From positions 57,972,001 to 58,036,000 of the forward strand of contig CM052817.1 in the NCBI GenBank assembly GCA_028534125.1: a DNA stretch of 64,000 nt, written 5' to 3'. Numbering within the stretch: the stretch's first letter is position 1; every line of letters begins with the position of its first letter. Of this stretch, positions 39,330 to 52,609 are shown piece after piece. Under the pieces are notes generated by a model. The model saw only the letters and a program-made list of their open reading frames with translations. It was not told the DNA's origin and ran no database searches. The DNA comes from Lama glama (lineage: Eukaryota). The translations under genes were made by a program, and so were the position numbers.

Positions 39330-39520
39330 TGACTACCAGGAGCTTGACACGCATTTTCTAATTTAGTATTTACAGAAAATCTGCCTGTTAGCAAGTTTTA
39401 CTCCTTTTGCACAGAAGGTAATTTGAGGGTCTCAGAGGTTAAGTTACTTGTCCAAAGTCACTTAGTATGTTTTGAAATCTGGATTTAAGCTGAGGACCTA
39501 CTGAATATAAAGTCTTTTTT
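39330..39520 (-). mobile_element. MIR
   Basis: TTTTGCACAGAAG...TGAGGGTCTCAGAGGTTAAGTTACTTGTCCAAAGTCAC. Confidence 0.75.
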
Positions 39521-39628
39521 TTCTCTCTCTCCCTCTGTAGTAGAAAGAACATGGACTAGGAATCGAGAAAAAGGATGCATTCTTGGCTACACATACATTC
39601 TTCATGTAATCAACATTTTACCTCCTAA

Positions 39629-39894
39629 TTTTTTTTGGCTTTGTAAGTAATTTATTTTATTTTTTTCAACAGCATTATTTATAACTGCTAAAATATGAGT
39701 GCACATCAATAGATGAATGGATAAAGAAGATGTAGTATAGAATACAACTCACCCACAGAAAAGAAGATTATCTTGCCATTTGTGGCCCTTCATTCACTTT
39801 TTTTTTTCACTTCAAAAACTGAAATTTTATAACTGGCATAAACATTTCCATTGCATCAAAAACAACAAAACACCTAGAAGTACTTATCCAGGGA
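39629..39894. mobile_element. composite/rearranged L1 insertion
   Basis: T-tract plus two sense L1 pieces, between direct repeats TTTACCTCCTAA at 39617-39628 and 39895-39906. Confidence 0.6.
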
Positions 39895-39919
39895 TTTACC
39901 TCCTAAATTTTTCTTGACT

Positions 39920-40990
39920 CCAGCAACTAACACCAGAGGTACTTCTTCAAAATTTAAATCTGCTCACGTTTCCCTTCTCACAAACTTTTAATAGCTCTCT
40001 CTCTCCCTCTCTCTCTCTGTTAGTTACAAAATATCACAGGGCTGTAAGGTCTGGCCCCTAACTACCTCTCTAAACTTCATGCTCCAGACACAAGCCTTGC
40101 TTCAGCAATCAATAAATCGGTCAGTTCAACCAATAAGTATTTCTTGAATGACTACTATGTATCTGTCTGTAGTATTTGGTATACATTCCCAAAATTTGGT
40201 ATACACCAGACAAAGATTGCTACCATCAACAGAGCCTGTGTTCTAACTGAAAAGTCCATCAATGCACAACATTTGGCATTTGGTATCATTTGGTATTTAA
40301 ACAAATGATAAACTATATGAAAAAGGGATATCTTATGGGGAGAAGACAGAATCATCAAGCCAGATAAAGCAGTCCTGGAGGATGTAGCGGAGCACGTTCT
40401 AGTCTTATAGAAAATTGGGTGGGCAGGATAGACTTCATTGAGAATGTGGATCTGATGTACATTAAGGAGTTGGCTGAGAAGATATCTGAAGAAGGAGAAC
40501 TAGAACGTTAAGATGCTGTCCTGAGGATGGCAAGGAGGACCCAGTGAGTGAGCCTGAGTGGGTGAAGGGGGAGCAGTAGAGAGAGGGCAGAGAGGTGATG
40601 GGAGCTGCACATCAGGTAAGGCTTTGTGGACCTCCTGCCCCGGGGGGCCTTTGTACAGAACGTTCTCTGCCTTCTTTGTTTGGTTAATTCCTGCTCATAA
40701 TTCAGCCTTCAGTTCAAGTTTCCTTCTGCTGGAAAATCTTCCTGATTACATTGTCACCGAACTGCAGGTTCTCACAGCACTAGGGATTTCTCTTGAATTA
40801 TTTATCACAGTGGGGTTTAATATCTTTGGCATGATTATTCTGTAATACTTTTACTTCCTCTGAGGCTGTAAGCTTCACAAGGACTAGGACTATTTCTGCC
40901 TATGCCTACCACAAATTCCACAGCTTGTATCACAGTGTTGAAAATCTAGGAAGTGTGCACTAACTTGTGTTGAGATCATCAGTGAATGAA
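39920..40990. mobile_element. cluster of L2 fragments in both orientations
   Basis: Plus strand: CTGGCCCCTAACTACCTCTC and GCTGTAAGCTTCACAAGGACTAGGACT. Minus strand: TTCAACCAATAAGTATTTCTTGAATGACTACTATGT. Confidence 0.55.
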
Positions 40991-41243
40991 ACACAGATGA
41001 AGCACTTATTATGGGAAGACGCAGCAAAATGAATTTGAATAAGTCACGTCCACCTGCCAGGCTTCCCTTTCTTCCATGTTAAATGGGCAGTTGGACTGAC
41101 CAGTCTCAGAGATGACATGAGGATATATAGTTTGGTGATTTTATAAGGAAGATTTAATACATTGCCTTCCAATATATTAAAGAGTTAATATACTCCTAAT
41201 TGTTATAATGCTTTTACCAAGAAGTATTATTCTACATAAACTT

Positions 41244-42760
41244 TGCTATGGGCCAAGTTGTGAGCCTTCCAAAATTCATATGAATTCCTAAAACCCCATA
41301 CCTCAGAATGTGACTGTATCTGGAGATAGGGCTTTAAAGGGCTAATTAAGGTAAAGTGAGGTAATCTGGATGGGCCCAAAATATTAGATAGCATGACTTG
41401 TTTCCAGTCCTAAAATAAAATGTAGTTCTTTTTAAGCTACATTGCATGCAGATTATTATTATTATTTATTATATAAATGAAAGTTTTTATTGACATTAAA
41501 CGTGATTAGAAATTATTATTTGTTTTGGAAACAAAAATTTAGAAAATCATTCCTTCTTTTCGCAGACTCAAGAACTATGAGAAATAAGTGTTTGTTGTTG
41601 TTGTTTTTAACATTTTTTTATTGAGTTATAGTCAGTTTAAAATGTTTTGTCAATTTCCAGCATAGAACACAATTTTTCAGTTATATACAAACATACATAT
41701 ATTCATTGTCACATTCTTTTTTGCTGTGAACCACCACAAGATCTTGTATATACTTCCCAGTGCTATACAGTATAATCTTGTTTATCTATTCTGCATATGC
41801 CTGTCAGTATCTACAAATTTTGAACTCCCAGTCTGTCCCTTCCCACCTCACTCCCCTTGGCAACCACAAGTTTGTATTCTACGTCTATTAGTCTGTTTCT
41901 GTTTTGTATTTATGGGTTTTTTTTCCTTTTTTTAGATTCCACATATGAATGAACTCATATGGTATTTTTCTTTCTTTTTCTGGCTTACTTCACTTAGAAT
42001 GACATTCTCTGGGGACATCCATATTGCTGCAAATGGTGTTGTGTTGTTGCTTTATGGCTGAATAGTATTCCATTGTATAAAGATACCACATCTTCTTTAT
42101 CCAGTCATCTGTTAATGGACATTTAGGCTGTTTCCATGTCTTGGCTATTGTAAATAGTGCTGCTATGAACATTGGGGTGCAGGTGTCTTTTTGAAGTAGG
42201 GTTCCTTCTGGATATATGCCCAGGAGTTGTATTTCTGGGTCATATGGTAAGTCTATTCCTAGTCTTTTGAGGAGTTTCCATACTGTTTTCCATAATGGCT
42301 GCACCAAAATCCATTCCCACCAGTGGTTTAGGAGGGTTCCCTTTTCTCCACATCCTCTCCAGAATTTATCATTGGTGGACTTTTTAATGATGACCATCTG
42401 ACTGGTGTGAGGTGATACCTCATTGCAGTTTTGATTTGCATTTCTCTGATAATTAGTGATAGCATTTTTTCATGTGCCTGTTGATCATTTGTATTTCTTC
42501 CTTGGAGAATTGCTTGTTTAGATCTTCTGCCCATTTTTGGATTGGGTTGTTTGTTTTTTCCTATTATGTCGTATGAGCTGCTTATATACTCTGGAGATCA
42601 AGCCTTTGTCAGTTTCGTCTTTTGCAAATATTTTCTCCCATTCCGTAGGTTGTCGTTTTGTTTTTTTTTTACGGTTTCCTTTGCTGTGCAGAAGCTTGTA
42701 AGTAGTTGAAGCCACCCAGTCTATAGTATTTTGTTTTAGTAACCCAAACAGACCAAGATA
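41244..42760 (+). mobile_element. MLT1A/B-like LTR, interrupted (pieces at 41244-41380, 41563-41595 and 42704-42760)
   Basis: TGCTATGGG...CCTCAGAATGTGACTGTATCTGGAGATAGGG; AGAACTATGAGAAATAA; AAGCCACCCAGTCTATAGTATTTTGTT...AAACAGACCAAGATA. Confidence 0.8.
41596..42703 (-). mobile_element. 5'-truncated L1 (ORF2 C-terminus plus 3' UTR), frameshifted
   Basis: ORF track 41990-42397 (CGEKGTL..WW...[10 protein letters not shown]...CTPMFIAALFTIAKTWKQPKCP...YTMEYYSAIK), 42328-42534 and 42518-42715 give L1 ORF2p pieces in different frames. Confidence 0.95.
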
Positions 42761-45299
42761 GGCAGGTTAATTGTAATTTTATAATTTATTACATACCTGT
42801 TAGAGCAGTATGGATGAGAATATCCTAAAATATGAACTTCATTTTGTTTCTTCTCAAGAGAGTGAAGATTTTACCTAATTGCCAGGAAATGGAGCCTCAA
42901 ATTAAGAGCTGAAAGTTTGGGGGCACCCAGGCACTGTGTCACTCATGTGAGTTACCTCTTCCAGAGCCACCCTCTCACCAGCAGCTCTATACGTGTGAGG
43001 AGAGAAACGCTCAGCTGTTAGGGGTCCGGAGTGGATGCGTGGACAAAGACAGAGCTAGACCAGAGGGAGAGTGTGATGGAGTTGCTGATTGGAAACTATC
43101 AGTGAAATATGGTCGGGAACAATTTGCAGGAACAAATCATCAGTTTTTGAAACAACTGAGGCTGTTGATCAAAACCGATAGAACTTTGTTTCTAAAGTTC
43201 TCTAATACCTTGGGTATTTATCTACCAGAGAAAATTGTATTGTAAATATAGATTACCTGAATATACAAAGCTATGGTTTTTTCCCATTATGTATGAATAC
43301 TTGATAAAATTAGTTTCATTTTAAAAATGAAAAATCACCTCTGACTGTAGAATTTTAATTTACTTGAAAATTATAATTTATTTTTAAGAAATATGAAAAT
43401 TACTAGCAGTGTTACAATAATTAACATGCACCAATGAATTTCATAGGAAACCAGAATAACTTAGACAATAAAAAGAATGGGAATAAAACCCAGAATCCTT
43501 GATCTTAATAAAGCGTGGAACTGTCTATAAAATTCTGATGTGGATGGCCAGCTGTGGTTCCCCAGAGCACTTCTTGGATATTTGAAGTGATATTAAAAGC
43601 AGTCACACTGTCTTTACACAGTGCACTGGAAAAGGCCCTTTAAAACTGGCCACTAGCAACATTTTCACTGGCAGTAAAACTTGTCAGCTTCTTCTTTTGA
43701 AATTATACTACACAGAGCATGCCTCCCATCCAAATCCCTCTGAAAGACATGACTGTCCCAAGAGGAAGTCTTACCATGTTCTAGAAACTTCAGCCTGGTG
43801 TATATTAAGTGGAGGACTTACAACTGGGTTTGCTTTTCATTCCTACATAGCAGCCGTTACTTCCCTTTATCTCAGTGTTACTTAGATTTTACCACAGTTT
43901 ACAGTTGGTTGCAAATGGCCTGGACAGCCTGCAAGTGTGAAGATCTGATCATGCCCGGCTCGGTTAGGCACCTTCTGCTGTTAATAGGTTTTACACATTG
44001 TTTCGAATCTGACTTTCAGCCTTTCCAAAGAATGTAAATACCAGTAGTTATATCAGTACTTTTCTTTTTATGTGCTTTTGCCATCTAATGCTAAGCTGTC
44101 ACCCCTGGAGTTCCCATTCCCTTCATCTGGTACACAGCTTGACTGTATTTTGTTATATTCATCAGAACTTCGACTCCATCTGCATGGTCCTTTTTCTGAT
44201 CCAACTGTGTCATACCCCTGCTGCATTTCCTCATCTCAAGACACTTTTACATCTTGCAGCATTACTCTTCCATATGGCAAATGGTCCTTTATGATTTTTC
44301 ACTTATCAAGACAGGCATGCACCTTTGTTCTGGAGAGTTTGTTTATTACATGTGTATTTTCCACATATGTTAAAATCATTGCCTGTCTCCTCAACATTAG
44401 TTTTTGGCAGATTATATACATATACATTTCTGAGGAAACAGAAACATGAAACCTGAATAAGTAGGCTGATAAAGGTGTCAGGCCAGTAAGAAATAAACCC
44501 ACAGATGAAGTGTTACTGTCTGCTATACTTTGATTCATTGACTACGAATGTGGCTATATAGTAAACTTAAAATATTTCTGTAAAACAGACTTCATTACTC
44601 TCTCTTAGAAAGTTTTATTTAACATTCAAAAATTAACTACATGTATAACTAACAAGGAGAAATACGCAATGCCATTAAGAAAATATGTAAGTGAAGTGAA
44701 AATGAAAAAAAGAATAATTAAAATATAAGAAATGGGTCATCAAATAATTTCTATTTATTATCCAGATTGCTAGATGCTAGACATTAACTTGTCTGTTGGT
44801 TGGTTTGTCTTCCTCTTAAAAGACATAGAGAGAATGCTTCGGAATTAAGTTCTCTATGCTTCAGGTCTATCATTCTAGCCACAGTAACAGAGTACAGCTT
44901 GCTACTTTATTAGGGGCAAGTATGTGACTTGGACTTAAATTTTTGTTTTCTGCCATTTGTTAACTTTTCACTTCAGTCATATCATTTAACTTTCCAATTC
45001 TCCATTTCTTCACAACTGAAATAAAAGAATTGGAGTATTTGACATTCTAGTTATAAAAACTCTGTGCTGACATGGCTAACTCACATTTCTCTTTTTCTGT
45101 TTCTTCTCCCTTAATCTGAATTCTCTAAAAATCTCCGATTTCTTCCTGACTCGTTAGTTTTGCAACTATTCTTTAAATTTATAAAGTTATATAATTTTTA
45201 ATTAAAAATAATGTATCATTGTATGTACCCCTCAGGAACTCCCCTTTCAGTAGGTGTGTGCCTGCCATTAGAGCAGTTCCTAAAAAGCTAATAAGAAGG

Positions 45300-45420
45300 A
45301 ATGATCACTTAACTGACTTGTTTATTTTATACAGCTAGAAACTGAGGGTCAAATAGATTAAGTAACTGATCAAAGTTTTTAACTGTTTGGTAGCAGCATA
45401 AGGAATAGATTCCCTGACCC
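45300..45420 (-). mobile_element. MIR fragment
   Basis: TTTTATACAGCTAGAAACTGAGGGTCAAATAGATTAAGTAACTG. Confidence 0.65.
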
Positions 45421-46642
45421 TTTATACACATTTATATATTTTTAGCTAGACATTTCCCTCCTTTCTGAATTCTCTCCAATCTGTTAATACTGTAGAGTTT
45501 GGATTTTTTAAGAAAAAATTTTATACTATACTCTCAGATTAATGATTCATGGTCAATTTCTCATGAACTATGACCACAAGCCATTTTCTGCCAGATTTAT
45601 GGAATATTGTATTTGTTTTCTCTCCTAATGTACAGACCCACAACCGTCTTTATTGAACTACATTCTGTATCTGATGATTTCTTTATTAACCTATGGTTTC
45701 TTCCAATCTTTATGACCTTACTTAATCTTTCTGGGCCTCAATTTTCTCATTTGCAAAATAAAGGGCTTTGATTAGATTAACTCCTGAGGCACCTTTTCCC
45801 TCCAAAACACCATTTTCCAAATTCGGACTGAATCAATCTTCAGCTCCTTAATGTCACTTTCAGATTTAAAAAATATGTTCTGCATTTTATCATCCGGACA
45901 CTGGAAGAGAAGATAGACCAACATGAGGCCCCAAATCAACTCTTCCAGGACCCATTTGTCACACTCTCCTGAGCTGACACTAATGCATTGATCACATCCC
46001 TATTACTCATTTATATTCTCTGCAAGTGTTTTCAGTTTGGAGGACATTTGTCAATGTTTTATAGAATTCCTGGGGCAAATTCATTTTACTTTATTCTATA
46101 TTTTTTTCCTTAAATTTTGCTGCTTCAAATTGATAAGCTTATGCAAATTCATTTTTAATATCATTTCCAAGACTTTAAAAAAATGGAAATGTTAGATCAG
46201 GTCAATTCAGTTGAAAAGATCAATATTCTGTTGATTCTAGGAATACCAAATTTATCTGGTTTTAAGATTGAGAGACAAATAGACTATAATTATTGTCAGA
46301 GGCTTACAAAGTTTGAATTAATCTTATAAAGTAATTTTGCTTTATTTTGTCTTCTAGAATCTTATTGGAATTAACCAGATTAGATGTGTAAGCATCATCA
46401 TTTTTCAACAAATTAATATAAAATTTTGAAGAGTAAAAAATAACATTGTTATTTTCCAGTAACTTCGTCTAGCCTTGCTGTAAACCGCAATACCAAGCTT
46501 GCCTGCAGTTCTTTCAAGACATTTACTTAATTAATTCAAATCTGTTTTGCTCCTTCTGTAAAATGTCTTTGAATATAACATGCTGTTCGGCTTCCAAGAT
46601 TTTGTTTCTATTGTCTCTAGAAAGAAACTATGATCTTAACTT

Positions 46643-46658
46643 TGCCAGCAGAGGGCAC
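46643..46658 (+). promoter_or_regulatory. CTCF-like core motif
   Basis: TGCCAGCAGAGGGCAC matches the CCASYAGRKGGCRS consensus and lies in non-repetitive sequence. Confidence 0.55.
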
Positions 46659-49600
46659 ATACACATATCCTTTGTTTCCTCTAATCTACAAAAGAAATTT
46701 TTGAGAAGCCTCATTTGAGGCTCTATAGCATATCACCTTATTTGAACTGCATCTAATTGAAAAAAGGAAACAACCACCACCATGCATTAAGATTTCTTTT
46801 AAAAGTCTAATGCCCGAAAGAAAACCAAAAGACACTGGAATACTACTGCCACTGAGCCAGAACATCAGTTTAATATATCTATTTTTTCTCTGCGGAATTT
46901 GATTGGGAAATTTATTGCTCATTTTGTTCTTGTCATATTTTGATCTGGGTTTTCTACTTTTAGTACTTGATTCTGGATCTAGAATTAACAAAGAAGTGGT
47001 CAACTGACATTTATTTAGGTGTTCATTTATTTGTAGAATTAGCAAAAAATTTGAACAACCAATAATCTGTTTTAGCCTAAAATTACTATAATAAACACAT
47101 ATGCAGACTGTTGAATTTAATTGGACAGTTATTTAAATGTTTCCAAGAGAAGGAGCAATAAAAATCAGTCTGTTGACTATTTTGGTTAATGGCTTAAGAA
47201 GAGTCGTGAGCATTTTAATTTTCTAGCTGCTTACAATGAACAGATAGAATGGTAGCATTTTTCACACTGTCAGCTCTGTGAGCACAGAGAAGCATCTGTA
47301 ATTCCAACATTATGCATATGCATCATGTAATTATATAATTGCAGATATGTTGTGCCTGCACACATCAGAAGGTTATGCTTTTAAAATGGAAAAGTAATGT
47401 TGAATAGCAGAAGTCATAGGTTCATGTGATGATATCAATCTCCAGCAGCATAAATTTTAAGGATTTGTATAAGCCACTGTACTGCCTGACTTGCACCAAA
47501 TCCAATCCAAGAACTCACAAATGGAAGTTCAAATACTATATCAGCTTTTAAAAAATTCTAATGCGTTAGATCAGGATGATTCATAATCTTTACAGATTAT
47601 CCGAAACTTTACTATATGTGCAACAAGAGCCGCTGTGATTTTTTTTAAATTGAGGTTTATAAATTAGGACACTTTGGGCTTATTTTTTAAAAGAAAATTA
47701 TTTGAACCTTAACTACAGAAAAATAGTAATAATAATCTAAGTAAAGGGTTTAGTTCAAGGCTTAGATTCTGCTATTTTAAAAATTTTCTAGCAAGAGATA
47801 ATTAAAAGTGATTATTGTGGAAAGAGACAAGGTTCCAGCACAAAAGAAACAAAAGCACTCTGAGAATATGAGACTATTTCTACTCATATGGAGGTTGTTT
47901 TCCAAATAAAGTCTTTTCCAATTGTGAACCCCAATGTATCTCAACAACTCCTTCCATAAAGAGTTTTTTTTTTTAAATAAAGTCTTTTCCAACAGAGCCC
48001 AATCTCAATTGCAATCCCAATTATAAGCCTACTAGGACTACTATTAATGATACCAAATGTTTTGTCAGGTCTGAAAAGCTTAAGCAATTAAAAATGTTGA
48101 GAGTTTTAAAATTTACATATTTTTGTATAGCTTTAGTTAATATCTACATATATCATTGTAGGTAATAATTATTAATTATGATTTTTAAAAGACCTAGTGC
48201 CTATAGCCCAGAATAGTTTAATGTTTCTATCCTTCTCTCTTTTTTTATAAAGTAGAGAATCTACACAGTCTTAAATACTAAATCTACGTGACACCCAGGA
48301 ACTGGAATGCTGAGTAGAAAAGAGAAATTGTAAGAACGCAGAATCATCAGGAAGGTTCAGTACTTTATGAAGAACCAGATTGTACCGCTCTGAGTACCTT
48401 GGTCATGCACTGTTTCCTCCTTAGCTGACAAACATCAGGCTCAAACCATGCTTCTCTGGTACCATCCCTTGTGTTTTCTCTCTGTTCTTTCTCCTTTTTC
48501 TGTCTTTCCTTCTTTCTCCTTTTGTATAACTGGTTTAAGTATCACGTTCACTGAATTTACAGCTAATGCCTTAAGTATATTTCATTTCACTTCAATGCCT
48601 GACCAATATCACTGAAAATTAATATGCTAATACTGTGGCATGCATTGTGCACTAAGGCCTAAAGGAAAAGGTATTTGACCAGGACTCAGTGCTCCTAATT
48701 TTTTATAATTTACAGTGTGGAATTGGCCTAACCAGTCATCTTTCTATAAGTCTCAGTTTATTTTATTTCCAAAAGAACAGAACAACAGCAAAACCTGGTT
48801 CATATTTTTACAGCCTTGCCTAAATGGGTAGTGTAAATACAAATTATTTAAAACTTGTACCACTTGGGCTCGTACAGACATTCTCAAATGTGCAGCAATC
48901 AACTTCTCCTTCAGCAATAGGAAGTGTGGAGAAACAAGAAACATGTGGTTCCTTAAGGTATGAAACTACGGGGATTTTCCACTATATGACTGACTCATCC
49001 TGAAATAGAGAAAGAGAACTTACGTAACATTGATACTGTACCAATTAAATGAGTGCATTTATCATTCTAACCAATACATTAATTTTTAAGTTATAATTGT
49101 TCATACTTTCTTTTTGACCTCGGGTTGTGTGAATCAACAACCCAAAGTGATTAAGTCAAGTCAACTAATACCTTCATCTGAAAGAGCTGAAAAAAGAATA
49201 CTTTACCTGAGTAGCTTTTTAAATTATTCATATTATTTTGAGGTATTGCTCACCTCTGAAGTGGGTGGATACTGTGAACATATATTTATTTCTGTCCTAT
49301 CTAAAATCTGCCTTGGTGTAAACTAAACCTGTTTATACTGAAGTGGATATTTGGTTACCTCTATGGGAATGATTCTGTGTTAATGACTAAATAGTACAAT
49401 ATATATGTTATAATTACAATGTGATAAAAATCCTTACAAGAGATAACATGAATAAATGATCAGTTCAATATTTTCCTTCCTAAACAATGGTCAAATGAGA
49501 AAAATACAGATGAGAATAGGCTTGTGATAAATATATAAATAAATACTGAATTTCAGCCTTTAACATCCCCTATTTGGTGACTTTCAGAGCACTTTGTACA

Positions 49601-50799
49601 CTCACGGAAGAGAAAGTACTGCATCCCCTGACAAGAATTTTTTTTTAACCAATTTATTAGAGTTAAAGAAATGGAGCTGGCTAAAGGCAGAGAAGACACA
49701 GGGAGGTCCCCAGCATTGGCGACCTTTCTGTTGGCCACCGGAAAGTTGCCAGTCCACAGAGGTCTGCTATTAAAAGATAGTATATCCAGCTTGACAGAAG
49801 GGCCCTGTTCGTAGTGATGATGGGAGGTGTGAGGACAGAATCTAATTAGGTGGTTGCTAGCACGTTGGAAACAAAAGGAAGACCACGTCTATTCAGAAGC
49901 TAAAATGTGCTGATACCAAATTAGATGCTCAGTCAATACAGCCACCACTGCATGTGGTAAGGGCTCACACCTCAGAGAAGCAGTTAATTATCTCTCTTCA
50001 ATTTACCAGTCTCCGCTTGAAACCCAACTTTAGCCATATCTTTAATGTCATAGTTGAGGAAGATGCAGGTTTTTTTCCCCTTTATGAAACAGAATCAATC
50101 TATTTCTTCCCCAGAGAGTGACATTTAATCACCCCTGTGTTACTAGGCTTATTATGATTGGGATTCTGATTATTATTCTCATTTGCCTTTGAGGCTTCAT
50201 GCTTTCAAAGCCTTTGTATCAAATCTCATACCCACGCAGAAAGGTCCGCTGATCACTAGTCCTCCAGCACTCTTTATCAAGTGGGTAGGAAACTTCTTGA
50301 TATTTCCTAGTGCAGGGTTTTAAGTTGTTTTTATTTTGTACGGAGTAGATTCAGGCCACACACAAACATGTTTCAATCTTTAATTATATATCTGAGTCAA
50401 CCTTTTAAATTTGATGTCTAAAAATATCACTTGGATCAAGTTTGGGGGTTATTTTTTATATCCTCTCTATTTGCTGATGCTTTAAAAATGAATGGAAATT
50501 ACTTAAAGGAGATGAATAATATTGTCTGATGTCTAAAAACTTATGTATACCTTTCTTTTAAGAAAAACCAAGGGCTTTATAGGCAATAAAAATGTCAATA
50601 TTCTAAGGTCCCTATTTACTGAATCACTATTGAAAGAATAAGTATCAATTATAGAATCTTTGTCAATGAAAAGTTGTCCTTGGCTACATCTCAATATCTT
50701 TTTAGTTTTTCTTACTATTTATTTTAGCACATATAAAGCACTATATTAGAGAATTTTGGGCATTTGGGAATAGTAGTATCTCAGTAGTAAGCTTTTTCT

Positions 50800-50995
50800 C
50801 TTTGCCAAATACTGTGCTGTTTACATATATCTCATTTTCCCCCAAATAACCCCACCAAAATAAGTATTATTATTATCTGTATTCATTGATGGGAAAATTG
50901 AGACACAGAGAATTTAACTAATTTACCCAAAATCACATAGCTTAGAAATGATTTACCCTGGATTTGGACATAAGTATTATAGCTCCAGAACTTCA
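50800..50995 (-). mobile_element. MIR
   Basis: ATTATTATCTGTATTCATTGATGGGAAAATTGAGACACAGAGA...CCCAAAATCACATAGC. Confidence 0.8.
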
Positions 50996-51293
50996 TTCGT
51001 TTCAGTTTTGAAAATGAATCTATACTCTTCTTTTATCTGTCTAAACTCAGTGGAAAAGATTTTTTCTATTTTTGCTTTTTCAAAGAAGATTTAGAATTGC
51101 AATGAACTAAAACCCAACCAAAACACACACAAAACATATTCACTGCTAGTGTAATTTAATTGTTTGTTATGTTTTCTTTTGGAATTGGTTTAAAAAGTCA
51201 CTTACTTGTTCTAAAAACAAAACACACATACAAACACATTCTATGTTATTTGAGTAATGTTAATATAGAGCAAACATCTATATTAGCAAGAAC

Positions 51294-51443
51294 CAGGACC
51301 AGCTGCATTAATTTGTGGTGCCCAATGCAAAATGAAAGTATGGAGTTCCTTGTTGAAAAATTGTTAACAGTTTTGAAGTGGAGACATATAAGTACTAAAC
51401 TAAATGAAACTGCCTAGGTCACATGCCCGTGATGCTGGCTCTG
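51294..51443 (-). mobile_element. MER45A-like hAT-Tip100 element
   Basis: CAGGACCAGCT...AATTTGTGGTGCCCAATGCAAAATGAAA...GGTCACATGCCCGTGATGCTGGCTCTG. Degenerate 8-bp TSD GCAAGAAC / GCAATAAA. Confidence 0.8.
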
Positions 51444-52609
51444 GCAATAAACCAGCATTGATCACTGAAGATTTTCTATCGGCAGAGTAACCTGTGAGCC
51501 AAAGGAGACACAGAGGCCACGAGGATAGACTTTTAAGATTTTGCCACTTCAAGTTGCGTCCTTCATTTTTTTTTTGTTTGTTTCTTTCATGTTTTTGTTT
51601 TTAGTTTTTGCTTCAAAAATGTACTTGAAAATTGGGATTTCAAAGAGCAGTGCAATAAATATATACAATTCTTGTTTGTTGTGCTTACCCTTCCTGCCCC
51701 AATAGGATTCAAAGCTGGTTTCTAATACCATAGTTAGAATGTTGCACATTTAGGGTGATCATAATTTTGCAAAGCTTCAAGAACTGTGACTTTATGAGCA
51801 GAGTAAATGTTTGATAACTTTTTTTTAATGTAGAACAGTTTTATAGGAAACATACATAAATTTCCTGATTTAAGTAGATAAGAACTGTGAAATTATGCAC
51901 TGCAAGGAAGATTAAACTAAATGCCTTCTAAGATCCCTATTACAGTCATAAGATCCTGTGACTCAAAAAGAGTAGATTACCTGTCTAAGAACTGAAAGTA
52001 GCAATTCTGTGACAAAAAGTGCATGTGGTAATGTCCTTGACTCTAGAGTTTTGAGTGGGCAGTTAGATTACATCCTAATTTCCTCCAAATTAGGGAGAGA
52101 ATGGTGACAAAGTCAAAGTAGTGAATGTACTTCAACCTGCTGTTTGTAAGCCCCTCCCCCAATTGAACTAACACCCCAGTCACACTCAGAGCAGTTGTAT
52201 GATGCTGCTTTTCCCAACAGGACATCTTTAGGGAAAAAAGCAGGAAAAGATTTTGTACTCCCTACAGAGAAGCCGATGTGAAAAACAGACACTAGAAAGA
52301 GCTGAAGGGGCACCCATTTTCCCTGGAAAAGTAAGAAAGAAGAGCTGTGAGAAGAGAAGAGATTATATTTTCTAATTATTCCTAGAGGGTTGAGTTCCCA
52401 CCTTGTTAGTTCACAGAAATGCTGGAAAACCACACAAGAAGATTCCCTTTCCAGCTCACCCCCTGCTATATAAAGGTTGAATAATAAAATTTTCACTGGA
52501 ATTATGATAGTCTTCATGGACCTAGACCCACAACCACTTGGCACCAACAAGTACTGTGCTATCTCCCTACATGTGTTAGATGTAGGGGGTTGCATGATAT
52601 GGAAATGAG

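Noticed and set aside
41990..42715. Functional protein-coding gene
   Set aside because: Frameshifted, 5'-truncated L1 ORF2 remnant.
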